Of a DNA stretch of 30,991 bases, positions 8,457-17,427 are shown one piece after another. Numbering within the stretch: the first letter of the stretch is position 1; every line of letters begins with the position of its first letter. The DNA comes from a virus (taxonomy: Duplodnaviria; Caudoviricetes): positions 1-30,991 of IMG/VR virus record IMGVR_UViG_3300027772_000112, one strand, 5' to 3'. The notes under the pieces were generated by a model. The model saw only the letters and a program-made list of their open reading frames with translations. It was not told the DNA's origin and did not search any database. Position numbers and translations under genes: made by a program.

Positions 8457-10013
8457 ATGGCTGACCAATCTCTTCAAGCATTTCAGCTAGGCGCATCGCT
8501 GTTTGACCGCGCACAGACGCAGCAGCGGATGATGGAGCAATTGCAGATGCAGACGGCGGAGTCGTTGCTTCAGCGGCAGGGCATGGAGCTTCAGAATAAG
8601 ATTCGATCTAACGCTTTTGCTCAAGCGTTGGATGAGCAGTCTGCTCAAAATTCCGAGTATGATGCATTTCAGACATTTAATAATCAAGTTTCTGACTTTC
8701 TAAACAATGCAACCGCTGGTGCCGCAATGCCTGCTGCGCCTCGATTCAGGTCAAAAGTTTTCAATCAGGAGGCAATGAAAGCTATCAGCGGTCTTGAGCA
8801 GTATTCGGTTCGAGCTGAACACGTTAAGGCGCAACAAAGACTTGCTGCGGCTGCAATGTCTCAGCAAACGGCGCTGATAAACAATGCCATGAAATATGGC
8901 GCTGTTAGCGTTGATCCTGAAACTGGCGCGCCAAAGATTGACATAAATCTTGCAAACCAACGTGCAACCGAATCTTTCAATGCTGATGTTCAAAAGAAAA
9001 ACGCTACAACTCAAGCCGCTCTTGATCGCGTCGATATTGCTGAAAGAAACCTCGCTCGAATGATTTCTGAGGGGGAAAGCCGAAATCAAATAGCCCAACA
9101 AAGAGCTGAGTTGACTCAGGCGGGACAGGATTTAAGACGCGAACTTGGTCAGGCCGGTCTTAGTCTTCGTCGCGAACTTGGTACTGCTGGTCTTGATCTT
9201 CGTCGCGAACTTGGGACTGCAAATGTTGAAATCGCACAGCAGCGGATTGGTATGCAAAACACATATCAAACCGCCCAAATGAAAGCGTTAAGCGACAGGA
9301 TAGACATCGCTCAAAAAACACTTGACCAACGTATTTCTCAACAAGCTGATAAAAAAGAAATAGATAAAGCTAAGTTAGAGATTCAAGAATCTCAATTAGC
9401 CCTTAAAAAATATATAACAGAAAACAAATCAACTTCTCAAAGGCTTTCAAATTTAAAGCCCACCAAGCTCGATCTTGATGAGCTTGAGTTCTCGGAAGCT
9501 GTTCTCAATGGCATCAAGCCTATGGAGCCGTATCTCACTGAGGATTTGTACGGTCCGACGTTCAATGTAAGGGTCAAGGCTGGCGAGGCTATCGGATCGT
9601 TTGGCCCAGAAAGACAAGTGAACCAACTTTACGAGAACATGAGCAGTGGAGCAATGTTCAAGCGTGGTGGTAAATCTCTCACAAAATCGGAAACAACAAG
9701 GATTACATCTTCAATAGGCAAGCCCACTGACACTGGGTTTTCTGAACGAGTTCAAACCTTCAAGGAATTGACAGCAAGATCAGTCAAAGATCGTGTCGAG
9801 AAGTTGAGGATGCAGGGAATTGACTCAAATCCTCAATACTCTAACTACATCAATGAACTTGAGAGCAGGGCTGATGCAATTCTCGGAGCTGAAACAGCTA
9901 CCCAGCAACAGCTTGAAACTCGTTCGTTTAATACCATTGAAGAAGCGCAATCGGCAAATCTTCCGATTGGAACCAGAATTTCGGTCGGTGGAAGATCTGC
10001 AACAATCAAGTAA
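8457..10013 (+). CDS. Probable internal virion/ejection protein, coiled-coil
   Basis: 518 aa, Gln/Ala/Glu-rich helical protein with no Cys; position in the ejection module. Confidence 0.6.
   Translation: MADQSLQAFQLGASLFDRAQTQQRMMEQLQMQTAESLLQRQGMELQNKIRSNAFAQALDEQSAQNSEYDAFQTFNNQVSDFLNNATAGAAMPAAPRFRSKVFNQEAMKAISGLEQYSVRAEHVKAQQRLAAAAMSQQTALINNAMKYGAVSVDPETGAPKIDINLANQRATESFNADVQKKNATTQAALDRVDIAERNLARMISEGESRNQIAQQRAELTQAGQDLRRELGQAGLSLRRELGTAGLDLRRELGTANVEIAQQRIGMQNTYQTAQMKALSDRIDIAQKTLDQRISQQADKKEIDKAKLEIQESQLALKKYITENKSTSQRLSNLKPTKLDLDELEFSEAVLNGIKPMEPYLTEDLYGPTFNVRVKAGEAIGSFGPERQVNQLYENMSSGAMFKRGGKSLTKSETTRITSSIGKPTDTGFSERVQTFKELTARSVKDRVEKLRMQGIDSNPQYSNYINELESRADAILGAETATQQQLETRSFNTIEEAQSANLPIGTRISVGGRSATIK
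9138..9221 (+). repeat. 33-bp (11-aa) tandem repeat RELG(Q/T)AGLxLR
   Basis: CGCGAACTTGG starts at 9138, 9171 and 9204. Confidence 0.92.
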
Positions 10014-10021
10014 ACACAAAT

Positions 10022-13000
10022 ATGGCCGAAATTGTTTTTGACGATGAAGTTCAAGTAGCTCAGCAACAACCTGCCGCATTATCTACGCCGCAAGCTGCTT
10101 CAATGCGGAGGCCTGAAGTTGTTTTTGAAGACTCTGGAATACCTCCGGGGATGAAGGAAGCGGTTATTAAATCTGGGCAAGTTGGCCAACAACGCTTTCA
10201 GACTCAAGACCCAATGGTTCAGCAGGCTGATTTTTATCTCGGAAAAGATAGTGCGCGTAAGTTCCAGAAATTTGTAGCTGGCAACTACGAGCCGCTTCCA
10301 GACGAGGATTTCACCGACAAAGAGCGACAATTCCTTGTAGATTATGAAAATAAACGCGGAAGAAAAGTAATCGGAAATGTCCTGAAATACGGCGGAGCTT
10401 TGGCCGCACCATTTTTTCCGGGTGGTCAAGTTGTTGCCGGTGAAATGGCATATCCAGCAATCGCCAACATTGTCGGTCAGATGGTTTCTCCAGATAAATT
10501 TAGTTTTTCTGAAGCCGCCTCTGAGCTTGTCCCCGGTGTTTCTCTTTCCAAGAAAGCTGCCGCACCGGGAATCAGATCTTTCCTGACAACGGCAGAAACT
10601 GGCGTTGCTCAGCAGTCGTCGTTTGGAAAACAAGTCGCCAAAGAATTCGGCGCTGGAACCGGAACTGCACTCGCCAAATCTGGCGTTGAAGCAATGGGCG
10701 GCGAGATTACAGGAGGTGACGTAATCCAGAATGCTGTTATAGGCGGACTTCTTTATCCAAGTTTTTCCCAAGGATCTAGGGCGCTGATGGCGGCTTCAAA
10801 AGGTGGACTTAGTTTCTCCAAGATTGCTGGCGAATTTCAAAATCCGTTCACTCAGAAATTTCTATCTGAACGTGCAGCAGAGCTTAAAAATAAACTTGGC
10901 GGTGGAGCAGGGATTGATCCTGCATTATCAGATCAGTTGGCCAACACGTTGTACTCGCCTGAGTTTTCTGGCACTGGCACTGAAGCGGTTCAGAATTGGA
11001 GAAACAACGTAAAACGGTTCGTAGAGGATTCCGTTGTAAGCGGACGACGCTCTGGGCTTTCTGGAGATGAACTCACTAGGGGTATTGTAGAGGAGTTGAA
11101 AAGTGTTTCTGGAAAGCCTGATGTTGACCCTGCTCTTGTGGAGTTAATCGTTAGGAAATCAGATGAGCTGACTGAACAAGCCAAAAACAACGTCGATCAA
11201 TTTTTAAATTCTAAAAATTCAGAGTTGGTTGGACTTGCTCGACGCGCTGAAGGTGAGCTTCAGCTTGAATCTCAAAATATTAAAAATCAGATTCGAGATT
11301 TGACTGGTCGTAAAAATCAGCTTCCGACAACCAATCAAGCCGAAAGAGAGCAGATCACAAATCAGATTGCCGAGAAAACGAGGCAGATGCAGCAAATCGA
11401 AGAGGGTTTTGATTCTAGGTTTGCGGCTAGAAAAGATATCTCGTCGTTTGAGGCGGGAATGGCTGTTGGAAAAATTGGGCAAAAAGAAGTTGAAGATTTC
11501 AAAAAGCTACAAGACGAAGGTTATGATAAAATCAGACCTGATCTTCAAGCAACAACCGTCCAAGTTGACCTTGGATTAAAAGACAAAAAAGGAAAGCCAG
11601 TTCTTGAAAACAAAAACTTAGAAGATCTGCGAGAAATCCGCTCTCAAGTTTTACGGCTTTTTGATTTTAGCAATCCGGTTAGGCAAGGTTTTTCTGAAGA
11701 ATGGGCAAGGCTAAACAAGATAAATGATCAGATGACGGCAGCGTTTGATGCCAACCCAAAACTTCGGGATGATCTTGCTCTTCAGAACAAATCATACTCT
11801 GAAGGAATAAGTCGATTCAAAGGTGGTTACATTGACAAGATTCTTCGTGAAATTGGAGAAAAAGGGGGAGCACCGGAAACTGTTTCAGCGTTGCTTGGTG
11901 CTAAAGGAGGTGTTGCGGTATCTGCCTTAAAAGACATGGCAGGAACAAAATGGGAAAGCGAAGTTAAGCCGATCCTTTCTGATTACATCTACAACCAGAT
12001 TAGAGGTAAAAATCCCGTTGAGTTTCTTTCCACTTTGACCGAGGCAAAATCAGGTCGTGCAAAATTGCAAAAAGAAGTGGTCAACGAGTTCTATCCGTCT
12101 CTCGGAGAAATTCAAGATGTTGCTCAAACGTACAAGTCTTTGATCGACGATCAAGCTGCGCTCACAGCAAGCGCAACAGAGTTGAAGACCCAGCAGAAAC
12201 AACTTATAAAGGACGTTGATAATGGGATTAAAGATTCAGAGAAGCTTCTTGCAGCCAACGAAAAAGCAATCAAATCGAATGAAGAAAAACTTAAAAATGT
12301 TCTGATCAATCAGAAAGACGAAACAGCAAAACGTCTTGGCGATCTGATAGGGGAGGTTCGTGGAAATAAAAATATCAATCTCGATGAAGACGAGATTAAA
12401 ACGATCTTGGCTAATCCCAACGCCAAGGAACTCGTTAAAAATCTAAGCGACTACGTTTCTCAAGTTTCTCAAAAGCAATCCGAGTTTCAGTCTGCTTTAT
12501 CCAGATCCTTGAAATCTGGAACACTTGAAACAACGCCGACTCCCGGCGACATTGTTGATTTTCTAAAGCAGTCAAGCGAAACGCTATCGTCTCGGAACCG
12601 ATCAACAAAGTTCATGGAAATCATCAATGCAAGCCGACCAGAGCTTCAAGGTGATATCCAAAACATTATCGTCGGAAGAATCGTTGAAGAGGCTCTTTCT
12701 AAAGATGGAAAAATAATCGACGCCGCAAAGATGAGGCAGCTTGTGGCTGGCGGAACATCTCCCGGTCCATACAACGCGATGGTGACTGCGGCATTTGGAA
12801 AAGATGGAGTAAACAAAATATCCAAGATTGCAGATCAGCTTTCTGACATGACAGCAGACAGAGAAACGCTGCTTCAAAAAAGTGTTTTGCCAATCATTGT
12901 TGGAAGCACTGTCGCTTATTTTGGTGGAAGCCCTTTAGAGGCAATTGGAGCTGGCGGATTGGCCTTTTCACAGCGCAAGGCAGCGATGTCTATTGCTAAG

Positions 13001-13228
13001 AATGTTAGCAACGCGACGGTTGGAAAAATCCTCCTCAACCCCTCTTACATCAGCACGGTTTCAAAGCCAATCGATCAGCTTACTCAGACTCAGCTCGACA
13101 CGTTCACTCGTCAGTGGCCAAAGATTCTTACGCTTGAATACGACCGAATGAAAATGCACGACGAGAATCAGCAGCTTGAGGAACGCCAGATGCGTGAAGC
13201 TCAACGTCAAGCTCGTCGCCGCGAATAA
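10022..13228 (+). CDS. Large probable internal virion/ejection protein
   Basis: 1068 aa with long coiled-coil stretches and Gly/Ala-rich hydrophobic segments near both ends; largest gene of the module. Confidence 0.6.
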   Translation: MAEIVFDDEVQVAQQQPAALSTPQAASMRRPEVVFEDSGIPPGMKEAVIKSGQVGQQRFQTQDPMVQQADFYLGKDSARKFQKFVAGNYEPLPDEDFTDKERQFLVDYENKRGRKVIGNVLKYGGALAAPFFPGGQVVAGEMAYPAIANIVGQMVSPDKFSFSEAASELVPGVSLSKKAAAPGIRSFLTTAETGVAQQSSFGKQVAKEFGAGTGTALAKSGVEAMGGEITGGDVIQNAVIGGLLYPSFSQGSRALMAASKGGLSFSKIAGEFQNPFTQKFLSERAAELKNKLGGGAGIDPALSDQLANTLYSPEFSGTGTEAVQNWRNNVKRFVEDSVVSGRRSGLSGDELTRGIVEELKSVSGKPDVDPALVELIVRKSDELTEQAKNNVDQFLNSKNSELVGLARRAEGELQLESQNIKNQIRDLTGRKNQLPTTNQAEREQITNQIAEKTRQMQQIEEGFDSRFAARKDISSFEAGMAVGKIGQKEVEDFKKLQDEGYDKIRPDLQATTVQVDLGLKDKKGKPVLENKNLEDLREIRSQVLRLFDFSNPVRQGFSEEWARLNKINDQMTAAFDANPKLRDDLALQNKSYSEGISRFKGGYIDKILREIGEKGGAPETVSALLGAKGGVAVSALKDMAGTKWESEVKPILSDYIYNQIRGKNPVEFLSTLTEAKSGRAKLQKEVVNEFYPSLGEIQDVAQTYKSLIDDQAALTASATELKTQQKQLIKDVDNGIKDSEKLLAANEKAIKSNEEKLKNVLINQKDETAKRLGDLIGEVRGNKNINLDEDEIKTILANPNAKELVKNLSDYVSQVSQKQSEFQSALSRSLKSGTLETTPTPGDIVDFLKQSSETLSSRNRSTKFMEIINASRPELQGDIQNIIVGRIVEEALSKDGKIIDAAKMRQLVAGGTSPGPYNAMVTAAFGKDGVNKISKIADQLSDMTADRETLLQKSVLPIIVGSTVAYFGGSPLEAIGAGGLAFSQRKAAMSIAKNVSNATVGKILLNPSYISTVSKPIDQLTQTQLDTFTRQWPKILTLEYDRMKMHDENQQLEERQMREAQRQARRRE

Positions 13229-13497
13229 TGAAAACCTCCCTCTCCAAGAAAGGTAACACCTATCAGGGCAAGAAGGTGACGTTGAACAAGCCCTTCTACA
13301 CGCCGGGTGAGCGGAAGAAGAGCGCGGTGTATGTCAAGAATCCGGCGGACAAGGTCGTCATCGTTCGCTTCGGCGATCCTGATATGACGATCAAGAAGAG
13401 CAGCCCCGGTCGGCGCAAGAATTTCCGTGCGCGGCATAACTGCGATACGGCAACCGATAAGACGACTCCTCGGCACTGGAGTTGCAAAGCATGGTAA
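13228..13497 (+). CDS. Conserved small basic phage protein
   Basis: YQGKKVTLNKPF...VRFGDPDM...RRKNFRARHNC...HWSCKAW, a pattern I recognise from many aquatic phages; TAATG overlap with the upstream stop. Confidence 0.8.
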   Translation: MKTSLSKKGNTYQGKKVTLNKPFYTPGERKKSAVYVKNPADKVVIVRFGDPDMTIKKSSPGRRKNFRARHNCDTATDKTTPRHWSCKAW

Positions 13498-13501
13498 TTT
13501 T

Positions 13502-13690
13502 ATGGACAAGATGAAACTTGGCGGTGGTGGACGTTACGAGAAACTCGTTAGCAGTCTTGAGAGTAAGGGTGTCAAAGACCCAAAGGCTCTTGCGGCATCC
13601 ATTGGCCGTAAGAAGCTCGGCAAGGCGAAGTTCCAATCGCTCGCCGCGAAGGGTCGTCGCCGCGCTGAGAGCCAGTCTAGCTACGCTTAG
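13502..13690 (+). CDS. Small Lys/Arg-rich hypothetical protein
   Basis: MDKMKLGGGGRYEKLV...DPKALAASIGRKKLG; ATG 4 nt after the previous stop; overlaps the convergent primase stop by 14 bp. Confidence 0.72.
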   Translation: MDKMKLGGGGRYEKLVSSLESKGVKDPKALAASIGRKKLGKAKFQSLAAKGRRRAESQSSYA

Positions 13691-15518
13691 GATAGCGTCC
13701 TTTGGCGTACGGCTTCTTGGCCGACTCCTTATCGACGACGAACTTCTGTGGATCTGCGTAGTTCCATGAGATGTCGCCGCCCGTGCCACGCTGGATCATA
13801 ATCGATCCGGTGACTTTTCCGTCCTTGTCCGTCATGCCGGAACGGTCCGCTCGCTTCGCCATTCCCAGCATAAATTGTCGAGGTTGATTGAAACCAACTT
13901 CCTTCATCACAATCACCTCTCTGGCCCAGTTCGTTAGGTCCGACGATCCGAATCCTGAGTAGGCCATCTCTGCCACGCTCTCCGGTTTGTCGTCTCGACC
14001 TTTGGGCTTTGGAAAGTGATGGACGAGAATCAGGACTACGCCTGTCTCCATCATAATCGGCTGGAGCAAGTGCCGCGTAAAGTTCGCGCAGACCTCGATA
14101 TCCGATGGATTGCCGCCCATGTAGGAGAGCAGCGGATCGATATAAACCACGTCCACCTTAGTCTTGCGAACGAGTCGGCGGAGCATCGTCGCGAAGTCGG
14201 AGCCAGTCCTCACCGTCTCGCGGAAGAATAACATGTTCGCGCTCCGAAGACCTCGCTCCCAGTTCTCCTTACCAAAGGTCATCTGAGCAGCGCCCTTGAG
14301 TGCATCATGCTGATCGGCGATGTCGTTTTCCGCCTGAATGTAAGCTACTTTTAGCGCACGGACGGGCTTGACGCCAAACCAAGCTTCGCCGGATGCCCAC
14401 TTCAGACCTTGATACGCGGCCATCGAGCTTTTGCCGCATCCACTTTGCCCCACAAAGAGAAGGGACGATCCGCGTCGAACCCACCTATCGCCGATCAAAT
14501 TGTCAGGATCATTCTGTGGGTCGTACTCGATGATGCTGTCTATCGAGAACTCCATCGGCATGTCCTGCGCGTCCATGTCGTCCTTGAACGCTTCCCAGTT
14601 CACTGCGCCCACGTTGACAGCCAAGAGCTTCTGTTCCTTGCCATCGCGCATTACACCGGCTAACCGACTGAACCGGCTCGCGTTCTTATTCTTCGGATCG
14701 ATGCCGATGCTTTCGAGGTAGCGATAGACGACGTCGCGGCGCTCGTTCCATTCCTCTCTATTGGCCGCTTCAACGCGCACCCAGCCATGCAAGCTCTTGC
14801 CGCCGGAATCTATGACGACAGATAGTGGGAGCTTCGACTCCTTCAACGCTGTCCATTGCTCGTCCTTCGTCTTCTCGTCCATCTCGACTAAGACATGGCG
14901 GAAGTTCGCCACGCCAGAGTCCGAACCGCTCTCGTCGAAGCATGGATTGATGCGGACGTATGCGCCCTTGCTATCGCTGCCATTCCACATGGCGCTGATG
15001 GGCGGCGTGAAGTGGTTCTTAATCCATTCGTCGCGCTTAAGGAACGTACCCTTGGAGGCTGGCCTACCTCGACCCTCTTCGTCGAAAATGATGTCGTTGC
15101 AGATGCAGACAACCTCATCCGACTCGAAGCAGGCTTTCAGGAAGTCGATTGTCGTAAACGGCGACGGAGGTTCCGGCATCGATTGGATCGTGCGAACGAC
15201 GAACTTGCCGGTGGGCGAGATGGGATTGCCGCCCTGACCAATGCCTGACTGAGAGGATAAGAGCCAGCCACGCGGCTTGTCGTGCGAAACTTTGGACGCT
15301 TGATCGAGCTTGTGGGCCAATTCATGTGGTTTCCACGGCGGGAGGCATTTCGCGTTGTACTCGTTGAGGAGCGTATCAGCATCCCCCGCATTAAGCTCAA
15401 AACCGTGTATGAGCGCGGTTGCGACGGCGAAGGTGCTTCCATGCCCATTTTGACCCGTGACGGCTCCCGGCGTGTTTCTGAGCCATGCTCTCGCACGGTC
15501 GATCTTTGATTGATTCAT
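13677..15518 (-). CDS. Primase-helicase fusion (PriCT-like + AEP-type primase + RepA/AAA_25-type helicase)
   Basis: N-terminal helical PriCT-like segment (EYNAKCLPPWKPHEL); primase motifs HVLVEMD, DSGGKSLHGW, DPKNKNASRFSRL; helicase Walker A GQSGCGKS, YIQAEN, VYIDPL, LVHHFPK. Confidence 0.85.
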   Translation of the reverse strand: MNQSKIDRARAWLRNTPGAVTGQNGHGSTFAVATALIHGFELNAGDADTLLNEYNAKCLPPWKPHELAHKLDQASKVSHDKPRGWLLSSQSGIGQGGNPISPTGKFVVRTIQSMPEPPSPFTTIDFLKACFESDEVVCICNDIIFDEEGRGRPASKGTFLKRDEWIKNHFTPPISAMWNGSDSKGAYVRINPCFDESGSDSGVANFRHVLVEMDEKTKDEQWTALKESKLPLSVVIDSGGKSLHGWVRVEAANREEWNERRDVVYRYLESIGIDPKNKNASRFSRLAGVMRDGKEQKLLAVNVGAVNWEAFKDDMDAQDMPMEFSIDSIIEYDPQNDPDNLIGDRWVRRGSSLLFVGQSGCGKSSMAAYQGLKWASGEAWFGVKPVRALKVAYIQAENDIADQHDALKGAAQMTFGKENWERGLRSANMLFFRETVRTGSDFATMLRRLVRKTKVDVVYIDPLLSYMGGNPSDIEVCANFTRHLLQPIMMETGVVLILVHHFPKPKGRDDKPESVAEMAYSGFGSSDLTNWAREVIVMKEVGFNQPRQFMLGMAKRADRSGMTDKDGKVTGSIMIQRGTGGDISWNYADPQKFVVDKESAKKPYAKGRYPKRS

Positions 15519-15742
15519 TGGATTCCAAGTTGTTTGCGCGCTATGTCCCCACTTTCGCCCAGATCATTCGAGGCGATTTGCTGGAGAACTGACTTTGATT
15601 CTTCGAACTTTGCGAAAAGGAGAGACAGCTCTTTGGGAGTCATCAGGTACTTGCTCCAGTGTTGGATTGGGATGGAGCGAGACTGAAACTTCGCAAAGAG
15701 CTGCTCTTGTGCTGCGATGTAGAGTTTAGGGTGCTTGTTCAA
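15515..15742 (-). CDS. Hypothetical protein
   Basis: Stop overlaps the primase ATG (ATGA). Start uncertain; TTG at 15742 chosen to minimise overlap. Confidence 0.55.
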   Translation of the reverse strand: MNKHPKLYIAAQEQLFAKFQSRSIPIQHWSKYLMTPKELSLLFAKFEESKSVLQQIASNDLGESGDIARKQLGIQ

Positions 15743-15914
15743 TGACCGGGATGAACTTGGCCTTGAATTCGGCCTTCGTTCGAACGTACACCTTGGGTTT
15801 TCCGTCACGGATGTAGGCCACCCCCATCCATTTCATTTCTCCGACTCGTATCTCTACGTCGTCGGAAATGACCTCAACTTGTAGCAAACTGTTTCCTGAG
15901 TTTTTGAATTTCAT
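15726..15914 (-). CDS. Small beta-rich hypothetical protein (DUF1653-like pattern)
   Basis: GVAYIRDGKPKVYVRTKAEFKAKF resembles the VxY...VR...F...F pattern of this small phage family. Confidence 0.6.
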   Translation of the reverse strand: MKFKNSGNSLLQVEVISDDVEIRVGEMKWMGVAYIRDGKPKVYVRTKAEFKAKFIPVIEQAP

Positions 15915-16077
15915 CTTCTGAGGCGTTATCGAGATGTCCTGTACCAGCCGCATGCCAAACGCCGTCAACAATTTGCGCCTTTGGCTTTGGCTTAGTCATC
16001 CAACCTCGAAGAATTGCATGGTCGATGAGTGCTGGCGCTTCCTTCAACAATTGTTCTCTTGTGATTTCGCTTTTCAT
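15874..16077 (-). CDS. Hypothetical protein
   Basis: 67 aa ORF packed in the minus-strand operon. Confidence 0.6.
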   Translation of the reverse strand: MKSEITREQLLKEAPALIDHAILRGWMTKPKPKAQIVDGVWHAAGTGHLDNASEDEIQKLRKQFATS

Positions 16078-16082
16078 CAGAA

Positions 16083-16277
16083 TTAGCCTTTTTTAGCCGT
16101 CTTCCCGCGCCATCCGCCTGCTTTTCTCATCCCGAGTTCCTGACCAAGTTCGTTGACGAATCCGCGTCGGATCAGCCACTCCTTGTACTTCTGGTCGATG
16201 TAAGCGAAGTGAATCTTTTCGGGTGATTCATCTGCTTCTGCTATCCGCATAATGGGCATTTTGTTTGCGCTGATCAT
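16083..16277 (-). CDS. Hypothetical protein
   Basis: ATG 16277 (MISANK) forms an ATGA overlap with the upstream stop. Confidence 0.6.
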   Translation of the reverse strand: MISANKMPIMRIAEADESPEKIHFAYIDQKYKEWLIRRGFVNELGQELGMRKAGGWRGKTAKKG

Positions 16278-16471
16278 TTGTATGTCTCGATTGTGTGTTT
16301 GTAGTGTCGCTCGGCTTGGGTGCAGTTCCAGCAAAGGTCTTGAGTTCCGTTGCATCCGCACCCGAGAGATTTGAAAAGTACGCTGGCCAACCATTGGTAT
16401 TCCGCGATGGCGGCTCGCAATGTCTCCACGTCCGTTTCTTCGGACATGGGCTTGATGTTGTTCTCGCTCAT
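16274..16471 (-). CDS. Hypothetical protein with CGC/CWNC
   Basis: 65 aa, ATGA-coupled at both ends. Confidence 0.65.
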   Translation of the reverse strand: MSENNIKPMSEETDVETLRAAIAEYQWLASVLFKSLGCGCNGTQDLCWNCTQAERHYKHTIETYK

Positions 16472-16587
16472 TTGACGACGAATAGAACGAAGTAGGCCGC
16501 AGTGATAACCATGCCCATGCAGAACGCCATGATGAGCAGATGTTTCAGCTCCTCGGGCGAGGGCGGACGATTGGCTTTGTGGATCAT
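16468..16587 (-). CDS. Small single-pass membrane protein
   Basis: MIHKANRPPSPEELKHLLIMAFCMGMVITAAYFVLFVVK; ATGA-coupled at both ends. Confidence 0.6.
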   Translation of the reverse strand: MIHKANRPPSPEELKHLLIMAFCMGMVITAAYFVLFVVK

Positions 16588-17045
16588 CTGCCGCCCCCCA
16601 TCGCGTAGTGGAGGATCAAAAGGGCGTCGCAGTTTTTGAGCGTGACGTCCAGATTCGGATACAGTTCCTGAGCTTTGCTTTTTAGCTTTCGCTTCCATTC
16701 TGGTCCGGTTTCGCATGATTTACGTCCTCCGAGTCCAAGTGGTTCCTGCCAAATCTTGGGTTCGACACGGTGAAGTGCATAGCCTTGCGCGTAGCCAAGT
16801 CCCTGCACAATCCCGTAGTTTTCATGGAGCGTCGCCATGCTGGCCGACGACGTGAGTTTACTGACGAACTTTGGCACCTTCTCGACCCACAAATGCGAGT
16901 CGCTGACTTTGAATCCTGCCATTAACTGCGCCGTGTCGGGCAGCGACTCGGGCATTGGAAACAGGAGTATTCCGTTCGCAGTACTGACCGCGAATCCGCC
17001 GCCCACACCCGGATCGACCGCAACGATTGTTTGGTTTGATTTCAT
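16584..17045 (-). CDS. ruvC: RuvC-like Holliday junction resolvase
   Basis: IVAVDPGVGGG, WVEKV, RVEPKIWQ and terminal DALLI acidic motifs of phage RuvC-type RNase H fold. Confidence 0.82.
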   Translation of the reverse strand: MKSNQTIVAVDPGVGGGFAVSTANGILLFPMPESLPDTAQLMAGFKVSDSHLWVEKVPKFVSKLTSSASMATLHENYGIVQGLGYAQGYALHRVEPKIWQEPLGLGGRKSCETGPEWKRKLKSKAQELYPNLDVTLKNCDALLILHYAMGGGR

Positions 17046-17061
17046 TCGCTTAGTATTATTT

Positions 17062-17427
17062 TTAGTAACAAAGGATAGTGACGTTCTCTGCCGCGATTCG
17101 AACTGCGCTTTTGGTTTCCGTGCCATCAGTCCATTTCTCAACTTTCACGCGGCCTTTGACTCGGACTAACGCGCCGTTCTGAATCTCGATGATCTTCTCT
17201 GCAACCTGTCCCCAACTCGACAATTCAAAATCGTCGTAGTCTTCGTGGAAGCGCCCTTCATTGTCGGTCCAGTGACGGGCGATTGATATAACTCGGCGCA
17301 CCATGAGCGAGCCGGTTTTGGTTTCGGTTTGCCGACTGATACCGCGCAGTTCTCCGATCAGATAGACTACGTTCTCGGTGGGCGTGGCTGATACTTCGTT
17401 CGCTGTTGTTGTCGTGGATACACTCAT
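17062..17427 (-). CDS. ssb: Single-stranded DNA-binding protein (OB fold, no acidic tail)
   Basis: NVVYLIGEL...WGQVAE...GALVRVKGRVKVEKW matches the bacterial SSB OB fold; ATG 17427 overlaps the helicase stop. Confidence 0.82.
   Translation of the reverse strand: MSVSTTTTANEVSATPTENVVYLIGELRGISRQTETKTGSLMVRRVISIARHWTDNEGRFHEDYDDFELSSWGQVAEKIIEIQNGALVRVKGRVKVEKWTDGTETKSAVRIAAENVTILCY

Noticed and set aside
2750-13228. Diversity-generating retroelement targeting fibre or ejection genes
   Set aside because: No reverse transcriptase in the window; the 8337/8406 duplicate differs at synonymous sites, not specifically at adenines.
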